From: a virus
DNA: 46,329 nt
Strand: one strand, 5' to 3'
Virus record (IMG/VR): IMGVR_UViG_3300029947_000012
Span: 1 to 46,329 of that record
A program made the position numbers and the translations under genes. The notes under the pieces are model-generated. The model was given only the letters and a program-made list of their open reading frames with translations. It ran no database searches and was not told the DNA's origin. How positions within the stretch are numbered: the stretch's first letter is position 1; each line of letters begins with the position of its first letter. This document shows positions 7,266 through 17,765 of this stretch, one piece after another.

Positions 7266-9008
7266 ATGGACTGGGCGCTCATCCGCAAGCACTGCGAACG
7301 CAAGGCGAAGGAACTCTTCAACGACTTCGACACGAAGCGCAAGAGCATCCTCGCCGAGGTCGCGCGCGAATTCTACCCCGCCGGGGTGGCGGGACTCACG
7401 AAAAGCGTGGAGAACCTCGCAGACGAGAGCGCCTACGACGAAAAGAACCGCTTCCTCACCACGAAGCCCATGGACTGCCTCCGCAAGGGCGCGGCGGGAT
7501 TCCACGGCAACCTCACCTCCCCCGCGCGCCGCTGGTTCCATCTCCGCACCCGCGGCGGCGGCGCCTCCTCGATCGACCAGGATCGCGCCCTCGACAAACT
7601 CACCGAAGCCACGGAGTGGACCTTCTCATTCGGCGGCGTCTACCCCCAACTCTACAAACTCTACGAGCACTGCCTCTGCTTCGGCTTCGGCTGCATGCTC
7701 GTCTCGCGCGACCGCGAACGCATCGTCCGGGCGCAGACGTTGCGCGTGGGCACCTACGCCCTCGATGTCGGCGAAGACGGCAAGGTCTGCCGCGTCGTGC
7801 GACGCTTCTCCTGGACGGCCGACAAAATCATCTCCGAATACGGCGAGGAAGCGACCCCCGAGTGCGTCAAGAACGCCGCCCGGTGCGGCAAGGGCAACAT
7901 GCGCTGGACGATCTACAACATCGTCGAGCCCAACCTCACCGGCCCCCTGAAAGCCTACGACCCCATCTCGAAGGAACTCAACCTCGACGACAGCCTCGTC
8001 TACCGCTCAATCTACTGGCTCGAAAGCCCCGGCTCTTCCGACCGCGCCGGCATCCTCGAGACGGCCGGCTTCACCGTGAAGCCCATCGTCGCCCCCCGCA
8101 TGGACTACGAACTCGGCGACGTCTACGGGCGCGGCAGGGGCCTGGACGGGCTCGACCTCGCCCGCGGCATCCAGTCCTTCCAGTACGACATCCTGAAACT
8201 CTCCGGCCTGCGCGCCCAGCCCCCCGTCGTCGCCGCCTCCGAATTCAAGGATACGGGACTGCGCCTCGGCCGCGGGCAAGTCAACTACGCCCGCATGGGC
8301 GAACAGAGACAGGCCATGGTCGCCCCCATCTTCGCCTCCCCGCCCGATTCCTCCGAGACCCGCGCGGACAGGCAGGAGGCGGAAATGCAACTCGCCGACC
8401 TCTTCTTCAATACCGCCTTTGCCACCATCGACGCGCTGAAAAACCAGACCGGCGTCAAGACGGCGACCGAAATCGACGCGCTCGTGCGGGAAAACATGGA
8501 GCGTCTCAACCCGGTCGTGACCAATTTCGACAACGAACTCCTCGACCCCCTCGTGAACGCCATCGTCCACTACACCCTTTCGGACGAGGCGAATTTCAGG
8601 GAAGGCGGCCTCCTCGCCGACGTCGACCTCGCCTCCATCGGCGGCGAGACGGAAGTTGAGTACGTCTCCCAAATTCACCTCGCCGCCCGGCAGTCCCAGA
8701 TGTCCTCCGTCTCCACCTTCCTCCAGTTCGCGGGCGGCTTCGCGCAGGCGAAACCCGAAGCCCTCGACCTCGTCGATACGGACGGCACCATCCGGTGCTA
8801 CGCCAAGATGCTGGGTGTCCCGACCGACTGCCTCGCCAAGGAGGACGACATCCTCGCCATCCGCGCCAAGCGACAGTCCCTCGAGAACGCCGCGCGTCAG
8901 CAGCAGGCGCTCGCTTCCCTCGGCGACGTCGCCAAACTCGGCGCCATCCCGACGGACGAAGGACACGCGGGCGGGCTCATCGCCAAAGGATTGGGGGCCG
9001 GACAATGA
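7266..9008 (+). CDS. Portal (head-to-tail connector) protein
   Basis: 580 aa, lying after the terminase and before scaffold and capsid. The N-terminal region resembles T7 gp8-type connectors (call from memory). Confidence 0.75.
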   Translation: MDWALIRKHCERKAKELFNDFDTKRKSILAEVAREFYPAGVAGLTKSVENLADESAYDEKNRFLTTKPMDCLRKGAAGFHGNLTSPARRWFHLRTRGGGASSIDQDRALDKLTEATEWTFSFGGVYPQLYKLYEHCLCFGFGCMLVSRDRERIVRAQTLRVGTYALDVGEDGKVCRVVRRFSWTADKIISEYGEEATPECVKNAARCGKGNMRWTIYNIVEPNLTGPLKAYDPISKELNLDDSLVYRSIYWLESPGSSDRAGILETAGFTVKPIVAPRMDYELGDVYGRGRGLDGLDLARGIQSFQYDILKLSGLRAQPPVVAASEFKDTGLRLGRGQVNYARMGEQRQAMVAPIFASPPDSSETRADRQEAEMQLADLFFNTAFATIDALKNQTGVKTATEIDALVRENMERLNPVVTNFDNELLDPLVNAIVHYTLSDEANFREGGLLADVDLASIGGETEVEYVSQIHLAARQSQMSSVSTFLQFAGGFAQAKPEALDLVDTDGTIRCYAKMLGVPTDCLAKEDDILAIRAKRQSLENAARQQQALASLGDVAKLGAIPTDEGHAGGLIAKGLGAGQ

Positions 9009-9349
9009 CAAGGGACTTCTCGAACATCTACCCGTCCCCCACGCCGCTGACGGAAAAGGAACTCGAACGCCGCGAGAAGTGGCGTCGCCTGACGGCGAAC
9101 CTCGCCCGGAACGGAGATTTCCGCGAGTGGCTCTACGAAGTCCTCTCCCAACTCTCCTTCTTCGCCCGCGAGGAAGGACCCCGCTCCGATTTCGGCTACG
9201 GCATACGCGCCGCTTCGGACCATGTAAAAACCGTGCTCCTGCAGACGGAGGAGGGCGCGAACCTCCTCGCGGATCTGGCGAAGCGCGAATATCTGGAATC
9301 GTTCCGCAACATACAAAAGGAGATGAAAGAGAATGACGACGCTGAATAA
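9005..9349 (+). CDS. Hypothetical protein between portal and scaffold
   Basis: ATGA overlap with the portal stop. Confidence 0.6.
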   Translation: MTRDFSNIYPSPTPLTEKELERREKWRRLTANLARNGDFREWLYEVLSQLSFFAREEGPRSDFGYGIRAASDHVKTVLLQTEEGANLLADLAKREYLESFRNIQKEMKENDDAE

Positions 9350-10031
9350 ACGCGTGTTGATGGAAGAAGCCCCGTCCCCGGAAGGCGAAAGCGGCGGCGC
9401 ACCCGCCCCCGAGGCGACCCCCGAACCCGCCCCCGTCAAGACAATCCTCGACGGCGCGGCCCCGGAAGGCGAGGCAAAAAGCGACGGCGCGGCCCCGGAA
9501 GCCAAGGGCGGCGAAACCCCCGCCCCCGTCGCGCAGGAAGCCGACTACTTGAAAGCCCTCGCCGACGATCCGGAACTCGCCAAACTCAAGGACGTGCAGG
9601 TGGATGAAGCCTTCGCCAAGACCTTCATTCCGACGCTCCAGAAGCACAACATCCCCAAGGAAACCTACGCCGAACTCGCCCGCGACTATGCCGCATTCCA
9701 GCGCAAGCAGACCGAAGCGGCGCAGGAGGCCGCCAAGGAGGAGAACGCCGCCCGCAACAAGAACCTGCAGGCGATGAACGAAAAGGCTTTTTCCGAATTC
9801 ACGCGCAACGAACTGGGCCTCGTGTCGTCCTGGGGCAAGAAGAATCTCTCCCCCGCCGCGTACGACGCGCTCTGCACAACCGAACTCGGCTCGGACATCA
9901 CCGTGCTCAGGGCGCTTCTCTACTGCGCGCGCCACTCCTCGGAGGACAGCGCGAAAGGCGCGGGCGCGGGCGGCGGCTCCCGCCCCTACGACCCCAACGA
10001 CATCTCGGGCCTCGCCGACCAGTGGAAATAG
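9333..10031 (+). CDS. Scaffolding protein candidate
   Basis: It sits immediately upstream of the capsid gene. The protein is A/E/K/P-rich and predicted helical. Confidence 0.6.
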   Translation: MTTLNKRVLMEEAPSPEGESGGAPAPEATPEPAPVKTILDGAAPEGEAKSDGAAPEAKGGETPAPVAQEADYLKALADDPELAKLKDVQVDEAFAKTFIPTLQKHNIPKETYAELARDYAAFQRKQTEAAQEAAKEENAARNKNLQAMNEKAFSEFTRNELGLVSSWGKKNLSPAAYDALCTTELGSDITVLRALLYCARHSSEDSAKGAGAGGGSRPYDPNDISGLADQWK

Positions 10032-10106
10032 ACGATTTCGCCGCCTCGCGGGTTCTCGGGTGAGACGCAAGCGGACGGCTGAACACGAAACAAGGAAACA
10101 GAAAAA

Positions 10107-11180
10107 ATGACAGTAAACGGAACTCGCGCACTGACGTACGCCGACCTCCTGAAAGGTCTCGATCCGAAGGGCAACTTCGCGCATCGCGTCGTCGACATGT
10201 GCGTCCGCGCAAACGAAATGCTCGACGACATCACCGTCATCGAGGCCAACAACGGCACGTCGCTCGAAACGACGATCCGCACGGGCATCCCCAAGCCGGT
10301 CTGGACGACCTACTACGGCGGCATCCCGTCCAACAAGGCGTCCAAGGCCCGCGCGAAGGCGACCTGCGGCCGCATGGGCACGAAGATCCTTATCGACAAG
10401 GAACTCTACGACACCGCCGCGGGCAAGTCCAAGGAAGCGGCCAACGCCCTCCTCGCCGACGAAATCATGTCCGCCCAGAATGGCATGCGCCTCGAGATGG
10501 GCTCCACCCTCATCTACGGGCTCCTCGACGACAACCCGCTCGCCTTCAACGGCCTCTTCAAGCACTATACGTCCTATTCGACGGGCGAGGAAGGCGACGA
10601 AAATGCGGCGCACTACGTTCTCGACGCGTTCGGCAAGGGCGGCGGCGCGAACAAGGCCTCCGAGGACAAACTCGGCTCCATCGCGCTCGTGGGCTGGTCG
10701 CCGAACACCATCACCTGCTTCCACCCGGAGGGCGCCGCGACGGGCGGCATCGAAATCCGCGAGAAGTTCATGGACAACGTCCACGACCCGGACCGCGGCG
10801 GCGACGCCACCTACGCGGCCTACGTGCAGTACATCTACTGGACGCTGGGTCTTGCCGTGCGCGACCCGCGCTACGCCGGCCGCATCGCCAACATCCAGCG
10901 CGACGACATCCTCAACGGCACGGACAAGGGCGCGTCCTACATCGAACTCATCGACCGCCTCTCCATGCGCGTCTATGACGACCAGGGCGTCAAGCAGGCG
11001 TGGTACATGGACAAGGGCGTGTGGGAAAGCGTCTGCACGCTCTTCTCGCGCATGACCCGCGCCAACGCCATCTCCTTCCAGAACGTGGAGGGCCGCAAGG
11101 AGCGCAAACTCTTCGGCATCCCCGTGCGCCTGCAGGACGCGATGCGCGTCAACGAGGAGAAGGTTCCGGCCTTCGCCTGA
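10107..11180 (+). CDS. Major capsid protein
   Basis: 357 aa, called from its position after the scaffold gene. It is followed by a stable stem-loop. Confidence 0.75.
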   Translation: MTVNGTRALTYADLLKGLDPKGNFAHRVVDMCVRANEMLDDITVIEANNGTSLETTIRTGIPKPVWTTYYGGIPSNKASKARAKATCGRMGTKILIDKELYDTAAGKSKEAANALLADEIMSAQNGMRLEMGSTLIYGLLDDNPLAFNGLFKHYTSYSTGEEGDENAAHYVLDAFGKGGGANKASEDKLGSIALVGWSPNTITCFHPEGAATGGIEIREKFMDNVHDPDRGGDATYAAYVQYIYWTLGLAVRDPRYAGRIANIQRDDILNGTDKGASYIELIDRLSMRVYDDQGVKQAWYMDKGVWESVCTLFSRMTRANAISFQNVEGRKERKLFGIPVRLQDAMRVNEEKVPAFA

Positions 11181-11191
11181 ACGGAAATATA

Positions 11192-11209
11192 GGGGCGGTT
11201 CGCCGCCCC
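11192..11209 (+). other. GC stem-loop GGGGCGG-TTCG-CCGCCCC after the capsid gene, with no U-tract
   Basis: Read directly. A near-identical element lies at 40023..40044. Confidence 0.8.
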
Positions 11210-11241
11210 GCAATCCAACACACCAGCACAAGGAAAAGAAA

Positions 11242-11682
11242 ATGATATTCGACAAACTTCTGATGTTCGCGAACGAGACCACGGTCGCCAAGGCCGCGAA
11301 GACGTCCGTCAACTCCAAAATCGTCGACCTGCGCAATACGCGCCTCATCGACGGCGAACTGAAAATCTACGGACAGATCGTCGGCGCGCCGTCCGCGGCG
11401 GGCGCGATCTCGACGAAGGTTCTGACCTCGGCGGACGGCAAAGTCTGGACGGACGTGTTCGCGTCCGCGCAGGTCGGCAACACGCTCGTCGCGGCCTTCC
11501 TCCCGGCGACGCACGAGCGGTATGTCCGCCTCGTCTTCACGGTCGGCGAAACCGCCCTCTCGGAAGACGCCAAGGTGACGGCGGGTCTCGTCGACGCCTT
11601 CGACTTCGACGACGTCCCCGCCGTGACGGCCTATCCGCCGCTCGCCGACGATGCCGCCGCGGGTGACGCGGCCACGAAGTAA
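11242..11682 (+). CDS. Hypothetical capsid-associated protein (called by position)
   Basis: GGAAAAG RBS. It lies between the capsid gene and a terminator. Confidence 0.55.
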   Translation: MIFDKLLMFANETTVAKAAKTSVNSKIVDLRNTRLIDGELKIYGQIVGAPSAAGAISTKVLTSADGKVWTDVFASAQVGNTLVAAFLPATHERYVRLVFTVGETALSEDAKVTAGLVDAFDFDDVPAVTAYPPLADDAAAGDAATK

Positions 11683-11690
11683 ACCCTTCT

Positions 11691-11741
11691 CCGCCGCCCT
11701 CGTTCTCCTCTCAGCGTTAGTCTGCGGGGGCGGCGGTTTTT
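11691..11741 (+). terminator. Terminator candidate (CCGCCGCCC ... GGGCGGCGG followed by TTTTT; long 28-nt loop)
   Basis: 9-bp GC stem followed by a T run. Confidence 0.55.
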
Positions 11742-11754
11742 ACGGAACACGAAC

Positions 11755-12090
11755 ATGAGAATCACGGCCATTTATCCGACCCAGATGGGCGGGCATGTCT
11801 TCCACGCGGGCGACACGCTCGACTACTCCGGGGAAATCACGCCCCGCATCGCCGCCAACTTCCGCGCAGAGGACGGCTCGCCCCTCGTAAAGGCGAAAGG
11901 CTCTCCCGCCCCGGCGCTACCGGCGAAAGCCCCCGACGCCGAAAAGGAACAAATCGAAAAGACGGCGAAAGCCTACGGGGTCGAAGGGCTCCGCGCCGCG
12001 CTCGACGAAGCCCACATCGCCTACTCCCCGAAAATGACGGCCCGGCAACTCGCCGAGCTCCTCCTCAAATCCCGCGGCGCGCTGAACTGA
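11755..12090 (+). CDS. Hypothetical protein
   Basis: ORF with good codon bias. The C-terminus resembles a HeH/SAP-like helix pair (weak). Confidence 0.5.
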   Translation: MRITAIYPTQMGGHVFHAGDTLDYSGEITPRIAANFRAEDGSPLVKAKGSPAPALPAKAPDAEKEQIEKTAKAYGVEGLRAALDEAHIAYSPKMTARQLAELLLKSRGALN

Positions 12091-12106
12091 CATTGGAGAA
12101 AGAAAA

Positions 12107-14107
12107 ATGTCGAAAGAGGTATCGTTTGAGATAGACCCGTCCTCGGGGCAAGTGTTCCTGTCGGACGGCGCACTCTTCCTGGGCGAAGCCGCCCCGATCA
12201 AATTCACGGGCTACACCCCGTCGAGCGGCAATACGCTCTCCATCACGCTCTTCTCTTCCGACAAAACAACCCCCCTGGCGGACAACTCAGCCGACCCGAC
12301 CGTCCTCGACCTGCGGGGAGCCGACCTCCGCAACCGCTGGACCGGCACGACAGCCCCCCTCGCCTTTTTCACGACCATCTGCGAAAAAGACCGGGACGGC
12401 AACCTCCTCTCGACCGTGCACGCCGAAGGCATGACAACCGTCGTGTGGGCGCCTTTCGTCTTCGACGGCGGCGGCGTCACGGGCGGCACCGCGTCCATGC
12501 GCGGCCCGCAAGGTCCGCAAGGCGAGAAAGGCGACCCCGGTCCGGTCGGCCCGCAAGGACCCGAAGGCCCGCAAGGCCCGCAGGGCGAGCGCGGCCCGCA
12601 AGGTCCGCAAGGCGAACAGGGAATCCAAGGCCCGCAAGGCCCGCAAGGACTTGTCGGACCCCAAGGCAGAACCGGGTGGGGCGACCCCACCACTCTCGCC
12701 ATCGAATACGACCCCCTGCAGGCGTACCCCGCCGGGGCCTACGTCTTCACCTGCACGCGCGATGCGGATGGCTACCCCCGCAACCTCAAGTTCTGGCAGG
12801 CCCTCTACAACAACCCCATCGGCGCGCGCCCGGACGACGACACCACCTGGCAACCCATCTACGACGAGAACGGCGAACCCATCAAGGACGCAAACGGAGA
12901 GCAGGTGAAGTCCGCGTGGATCCATGTCACGCTCAATACGCTCTTTGCCCAGTTCCACGCCTTCTGCTACGCCTTGGAAGGCAAGCTGTACGGGCTTCTG
13001 GAGGACTTCGATTCCGACGTCCTCGGCTCGGCCGTCGGTGCGGCCAAAGCCTACACGGACGCCCAAGTGGCGCAAGTGCGCATTGACTATGGCGATTATC
13101 ACGCGTGCCACTGCATCTCCACAGACGAAATCCAGAAGATGATAGACGCCGCCTTGAGAAACGCGGCCGACAGCAAGTCATTCGTCGAACTGAGGAGCAA
13201 CCTGGCGAGCAGCAATTATCAGCAGGTTGCGAAATCGCTCCCGCTCATAACATACGTTTACGAGAGCATAAGAGATCGCGTCAAATACAACAATCTCGCC
13301 GACGCGTGGAACCGCAAGACCGAATACAAAATCGGCGACATCGTATACTACATAGACAATACCATCAGCGACCCTACGCTGGAGCGGACCGCCTTCCTCC
13401 GCTGCATCAAGGAGAATACGGACGTCCAGCCGTTTACGGTGGGCAACAGCTGGTCGGACTACTGGACCATCACAAGCCTGGAGGATATCCTGGATTTCGT
13501 CATATCCTCGCAGCAGGGCTTCAAAGCAAGCGTAGAGAACACCGTAAACAATTTCAAAGCCTCCTTGTCTGGTGCGCAAGATACTGCCAGCAAAGCCTTG
13601 TCGACCGCAAACAGCGCGAGCACCTTAGCCAATTCGCTTGATCGAAAAAAAACCAGTTTCTCTCACCTCGCAGGCGGGTGGAACCCGCGCTCGGGCGCGT
13701 CGTACGAAGTAAATGACGTAGTATACGCTTCAGATGGGTCGAACGCCTACAACGGATTCTATCGTTGCATAAAAGCGCACACATTCGTGGCCGGAAGTTC
13801 AGGATATCCCGACAGCGAGCACTGGGTCGCGACGAACCTAGGGGATATTCTGAAAGCCGGGGGCGGCGACACGGCCGCGGACGCGTACACCAAGGCCGAG
13901 GTCGACGCCAAAGTGTCCGCGCTCGAGGCGGTTCTCGCGAAACTTTCCGCAACTCTGCAGTCCGGCGTCTACCTTCCGTCCAATCTCATCAACGGAGTCC
14001 AGCACTACGCCAAGCAAACGCTCGTGTGGTCGGATAAGATGAACGCCTGGGGCGCGGAATGGTCGGGCGACTACATTATCGAGGACGGAACCTACAAGGA
14101 GGTGTAA
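12107..14107 (+). CDS. Collagen-like tail fibre with C-terminal carbohydrate-binding-like repeats
   Basis: 19 G-X-Y triplets. Three W...Y..GD.V.Y...Y.C...H......W segments resemble CBM5/12 modules. Confidence 0.8.
   Translation: MSKEVSFEIDPSSGQVFLSDGALFLGEAAPIKFTGYTPSSGNTLSITLFSSDKTTPLADNSADPTVLDLRGADLRNRWTGTTAPLAFFTTICEKDRDGNLLSTVHAEGMTTVVWAPFVFDGGGVTGGTASMRGPQGPQGEKGDPGPVGPQGPEGPQGPQGERGPQGPQGEQGIQGPQGPQGLVGPQGRTGWGDPTTLAIEYDPLQAYPAGAYVFTCTRDADGYPRNLKFWQALYNNPIGARPDDDTTWQPIYDENGEPIKDANGEQVKSAWIHVTLNTLFAQFHAFCYALEGKLYGLLEDFDSDVLGSAVGAAKAYTDAQVAQVRIDYGDYHACHCISTDEIQKMIDAALRNAADSKSFVELRSNLASSNYQQVAKSLPLITYVYESIRDRVKYNNLADAWNRKTEYKIGDIVYYIDNTISDPTLERTAFLRCIKENTDVQPFTVGNSWSDYWTITSLEDILDFVISSQQGFKASVENTVNNFKASLSGAQDTASKALSTANSASTLANSLDRKKTSFSHLAGGWNPRSGASYEVNDVVYASDGSNAYNGFYRCIKAHTFVAGSSGYPDSEHWVATNLGDILKAGGGDTAADAYTKAEVDAKVSALEAVLAKLSATLQSGVYLPSNLINGVQHYAKQTLVWSDKMNAWGAEWSGDYIIEDGTYKEV
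12503..12673 (+). repeat. Collagen G-X-Y coding repeat (19 triplets)
   Basis: [24 protein letters not shown]... read in frame. Confidence 0.9.
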
Positions 14108-14108
14108 G

Positions 14109-15764
14109 ATGAAGAGTTTGATGATAGCGGGGGTTGTGGCGTGCGCTGTCGCATCCGCGCACGCGATAACCGCGACGCTGGAATACGTCGACAAGCAAGA
14201 CACGGAAGAAACGACGCGTGCCAAAGCCGCCGAGAAGGCGAACGCCGACGCCATCAGCACGCACAAGTCCGATAAAAAGAACCCGCACGGCGTGACCGCG
14301 GCGCAGGTGGGCGCGTACACCAAGGGCGAGGTGGACGCGAAGGGTTACGTCACCAAGTCCGTCACCAACGGCTTGGCGACGGCGGCCGCGCTGTCCGCCG
14401 AAACGACGCGGGCCAAAGCCGCCGAGAAGGCGAATGCCGACGCCATCAGCGCGCACAAGGCGGACAAGAAGAACCCGCACGGCGTCACGGCCGCGCAGGT
14501 CGGCGCGTACACCAAATCGGAAGTGGACGCAAAAGGATACGTGACCAAGTCCGTCACCAATGGCCTCGCGACCGCGGCGTCTGTCGCGGCCGAAACCGAC
14601 CGTGCGAAGAAAGCCGAATCCGCCAACGCGTCCGCCGCGGCGAACGCGAAGAAGGCGGCGACCGACCACGCCGCCCGCACGGACAACCCGCACAAGGTGA
14701 CGGCCGCGCAGACGGGCGCCGTCCCCACCACCCGCACGATTAACGGCTACACACTTGACAAAGACCTCGACCTCTACGCGGAAGACGTGGGCGCGTACTC
14801 GACCGAGACGGCGGACGCACGCTTCTATCCGCTCGCGGAGGGCAATGTCTGGGCGTCATGGTGGTCCGGCGACGGCTTCCGCGTCTCCGTCACAAACTAC
14901 AATGTCGCCGTGACGGCGGAGACCGCGTGGGAGCGATTGCCGACGGCCGCGTTTGACTACAAGCCGGACGGGACGAACGCGGCCTACACGGTCGTGTGGA
15001 ACGAGAATACAAAGTGGAACCGTTGGCGCACGGAGTTCGACGCCTACAAAACAAGCGCGGCGGACGCCCTCGCCGATAAGGCGGATCGCGCGTGGGGCAA
15101 CTACGACAGCCATACGGGCGGCGAAGCCCCCGAGGGTTATACGTGGATTTCGTCGCCGCGCGTCGCGCTTGCGGGCGGACTATCCTGGCAGAAGTTCGTC
15201 GCGACCTCCGGCGGCATTTGGGTGCTGACCGCGAATGGCATGTCCGTCGAGGCGGACGGCGCGGGGACGACGAACGCCTATTTCCGCATCTCGGACGAGA
15301 CCGGCAAATCGCTCTTTGAAATCGTCAAGGGCGACCGCGTGCTGGTGGGTGCGAGTGCCGCGTCCATCAAGACCAAGAATTTGTCGAACGGCGACATCGA
15401 GGTGACGATCGCCTACAATGTCGAGTCCACCAAGCACCCGACTTTGTACGGTGCGCCCACGCTCGCGTACGTCCGCGAGACGGGCTGGATAAAGGGCGGG
15501 ACGGACGCCGCGCCGTGGACGGAGGTTTGGTCCGGCTCGTCCGGCGCGTGGCAGGTCGTCTGCACCGTGCCTGCGGCCGTCAACGCCGCCTCGGGCAACC
15601 AGTACTTCTTCTGCGCCCAGTACGAGCAGGGAAGCGAGACCTATATCAAGCAGACCGCGCCCGTCCAATTTGAAACCATCCGCGTCGGCGGCAAGACTTA
15701 CTCCATTACGGTCGAAGCCGTCAACGGCAAAAATCTTTTGGTGCTAACGGAGGTACAGGAATGA
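14109..15764 (+). CDS. Tail-fibre-repeat protein with a signal-peptide-like N-terminus
   Basis: The phage fibre motif NPHGVTAAQVGAY recurs three times. The N-terminus MKSLMIAGVVACAVASAHA has an AxA site. Confidence 0.7.
   Translation: MKSLMIAGVVACAVASAHAITATLEYVDKQDTEETTRAKAAEKANADAISTHKSDKKNPHGVTAAQVGAYTKGEVDAKGYVTKSVTNGLATAAALSAETTRAKAAEKANADAISAHKADKKNPHGVTAAQVGAYTKSEVDAKGYVTKSVTNGLATAASVAAETDRAKKAESANASAAANAKKAATDHAARTDNPHKVTAAQTGAVPTTRTINGYTLDKDLDLYAEDVGAYSTETADARFYPLAEGNVWASWWSGDGFRVSVTNYNVAVTAETAWERLPTAAFDYKPDGTNAAYTVVWNENTKWNRWRTEFDAYKTSAADALADKADRAWGNYDSHTGGEAPEGYTWISSPRVALAGGLSWQKFVATSGGIWVLTANGMSVEADGAGTTNAYFRISDETGKSLFEIVKGDRVLVGASAASIKTKNLSNGDIEVTIAYNVESTKHPTLYGAPTLAYVRETGWIKGGTDAAPWTEVWSGSSGAWQVVCTVPAAVNAASGNQYFFCAQYEQGSETYIKQTAPVQFETIRVGGKTYSITVEAVNGKNLLVLTEVQE
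14208..14591 (+). repeat. Two tandem 192-bp (64-aa) units in the fibre gene, followed by a third degenerate copy
   Basis: 14208..14399 aligns with 14400..14591 with scattered substitutions. Confidence 0.85.
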
Positions 15765-17236
15765 CACTCGCTACTCTAACCGCGGCCGCGTACAAGTGGT
15801 ACACGGACCAACCGACGCTCGGGCTCGTCGCGCAGGACGAAGCCGCCCAATGGCATGACCTCCTGCTTCTCATGGGCGGATGCGTGATGATTGCGCTCTC
15901 CGTCATCGCGCTCGCCCTGGTTGTCTGCCGCTATGTCCGCGACATCGTCAAGGCGCAGGGCGGGTCGAAGGCGGCGAAGCGCGTCACGGCGGTCGTGCTC
16001 TCCGCCTGCTTCGCGTTCGGCGTCCTCGAGGGCATCAGCAAGTCCGGCATCATCGGCTACTCGGACGCCAATGCGGGCGAGGGCTGGTGGCTCCGCGACA
16101 ATCCCGAAGACAAGTCCTATGTCACCAACGACTATGTCCACATCTCGTTCGAACGCCGCATCATCCCGGATGAAGCAAGCGTCTTTGTGGATTACCGTCC
16201 GGCGGACAGCACCAACGACAGCGACTGGGCGACGCTTGTCCAGTCAACCTTCGCGGCGTTCCCCAACCCGACGAACATCCCGTTCGCAAACGCCGTCAGC
16301 AACTCGTGGCATGTCTACTCGGACTGGACGCCCGGGCCGAGCGTGCAGACGAACGGCATCCTGCATGCGGACTGGGGCAAATCCCGCCGCGACGCGGCCG
16401 AACGCGCTCGCGGGCTTGCCGTCGGCATCCCCGTGCAGACGCGCGTCGCGCTGGACGGCAAGAGCCTGCCGAACCAGCCGAGCGGCAAAGCCTACACGGC
16501 GCGCGACTACGTGCAGGACGGGCTTGTTGCGATGTGGGACGGCGTCGAGAACGCCGGCTGGGGACTGCACGACAGCGCGGCCACGAACTGGGTCGACCTT
16601 GTCGGCGGAGATGTCCTGCGGCTTGTCGGCGATTATACGGTGCGGGATTCGGGGCTCCATTTCCCCCTCACGACCAAAGGACGGTCGAAGGCCGTCGGGG
16701 CGAAACGCTATGCGTTGGATGCGTTCACGATCAAAGTCTTTGTGTGGGTGCACGCGGGCTTCGCCGGAACCGGGCGTGGCGACATATTTTCGCTCGACGA
16801 GGCTGCGGGTTCGGGCGTTGTCGCGTATTCGGCGGATTATCTTACGCCTTGGCGCTCGTCGTGGTGGGTGTTTGGCGCCAATAAGACCGCCACGGTCGTG
16901 TGCGGGGAAGGCGTGATGCCGGAGACGGCTACGCTGGTTTGCGACGGCGAGAAGTGGACGGCCTACCATGGCGATAAAAAATGGTCCGGCACATACGACA
17001 AGAAAACGCTCGCCGGATTTGTCTCTCTCGGGCAGCTCCGCGACAGTTTAAACCGCCCGACCCCCGAGATGACCATCATGTCGCTTGCGATCTACTCCCG
17101 CGCCCTGACGCCGGACGAGGTGGCGCACAACGCCCGCATCGACCGTCTGCGCTTCGGCGAGGACGCCGTGGCGACCGTCGCCGCGGAAGACGCGCCCGCC
17201 TCGCGGACGAATCCGAAACCGAAACGAAAGGAATAA
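15761..17236 (+). CDS. Membrane-anchored LamG/concanavalin-like domain protein
   Basis: A TM helix is present (LLLMGGCVMIALSVIALALVV). The C-terminal LAIYSRALTPDEVAHN resembles the LamG signature. Confidence 0.55.
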   Translation: MTLATLTAAAYKWYTDQPTLGLVAQDEAAQWHDLLLLMGGCVMIALSVIALALVVCRYVRDIVKAQGGSKAAKRVTAVVLSACFAFGVLEGISKSGIIGYSDANAGEGWWLRDNPEDKSYVTNDYVHISFERRIIPDEASVFVDYRPADSTNDSDWATLVQSTFAAFPNPTNIPFANAVSNSWHVYSDWTPGPSVQTNGILHADWGKSRRDAAERARGLAVGIPVQTRVALDGKSLPNQPSGKAYTARDYVQDGLVAMWDGVENAGWGLHDSAATNWVDLVGGDVLRLVGDYTVRDSGLHFPLTTKGRSKAVGAKRYALDAFTIKVFVWVHAGFAGTGRGDIFSLDEAAGSGVVAYSADYLTPWRSSWWVFGANKTATVVCGEGVMPETATLVCDGEKWTAYHGDKKWSGTYDKKTLAGFVSLGQLRDSLNRPTPEMTIMSLAIYSRALTPDEVAHNARIDRLRFGEDAVATVAAEDAPASRTNPKPKRKE

Positions 17237-17240
17237 ACGA

Positions 17241-17765
17241 ATGACCACGCTCCTCCTCGCGGCGACCCTCGCCGCCACCAACATCCTCTCCGGCGCGACC
17301 GCCGGCAAAATCGACCCCGGCGTCATCGGCAAGGTGACCAACGTCGTCGACACCGTCATCAGCCGCACCAACGCGGTCGACTTCGTTCGCGCCCCGACAC
17401 TGCCCGCGTACTCCGACGAGGATATGCTGACCGTGCTGACCGTGCTCACGCGCCGCTACAACGACCAGATGCAGTCCTCGCCGCGATACAGGGCGCAGAT
17501 GCACGGCGAGATCGTCAAGACGGAGGTCGCGACGAACGCGGCCGGCTTGCTGACCAAGACCGTCACCTACAAGGACGGCTTGCAGTGGCGCGACTACGCG
17601 GGCTCCGTCCCCGTCCGCAAGCCGACGCCGTCCGGCAATCTCCCCAAGCGCCTCGCCGAAGCCCGCGCCCGCCGTCAGGCGGAACGCGCACAAGGCGTCA
17701 CGACCGTCACGCAGACCGTCAACATTACGCGCCCGAATCCGCCCAAGGGAAGCGAGGCGGAGTAA
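17241..17765 (+). CDS. Hypothetical exported protein
   Basis: Signal-like N-terminus MTTLLLAATLAATNILSG. Confidence 0.55.
   Translation: MTTLLLAATLAATNILSGATAGKIDPGVIGKVTNVVDTVISRTNAVDFVRAPTLPAYSDEDMLTVLTVLTRRYNDQMQSSPRYRAQMHGEIVKTEVATNAAGLLTKTVTYKDGLQWRDYAGSVPVRKPTPSGNLPKRLAEARARRQAERAQGVTTVTQTVNITRPNPPKGSEAE

Noticed and set aside
8007-11348. 1,113-aa ORF on the - strand across the portal, scaffold and capsid genes
   Set aside because: It is antisense to well-supported + strand genes. Its translation is R/G/A/V-rich low complexity, typical of stop-poor off-frames in high-GC DNA, and it has no RBS.
14208-14591. Diversity-generating retroelement (template/variable repeat pair) in the fibre genes
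   Set aside because: No reverse transcriptase ORF exists anywhere in the genome. The two repeats are adjacent and in frame, and their differences are not adenine-specific.
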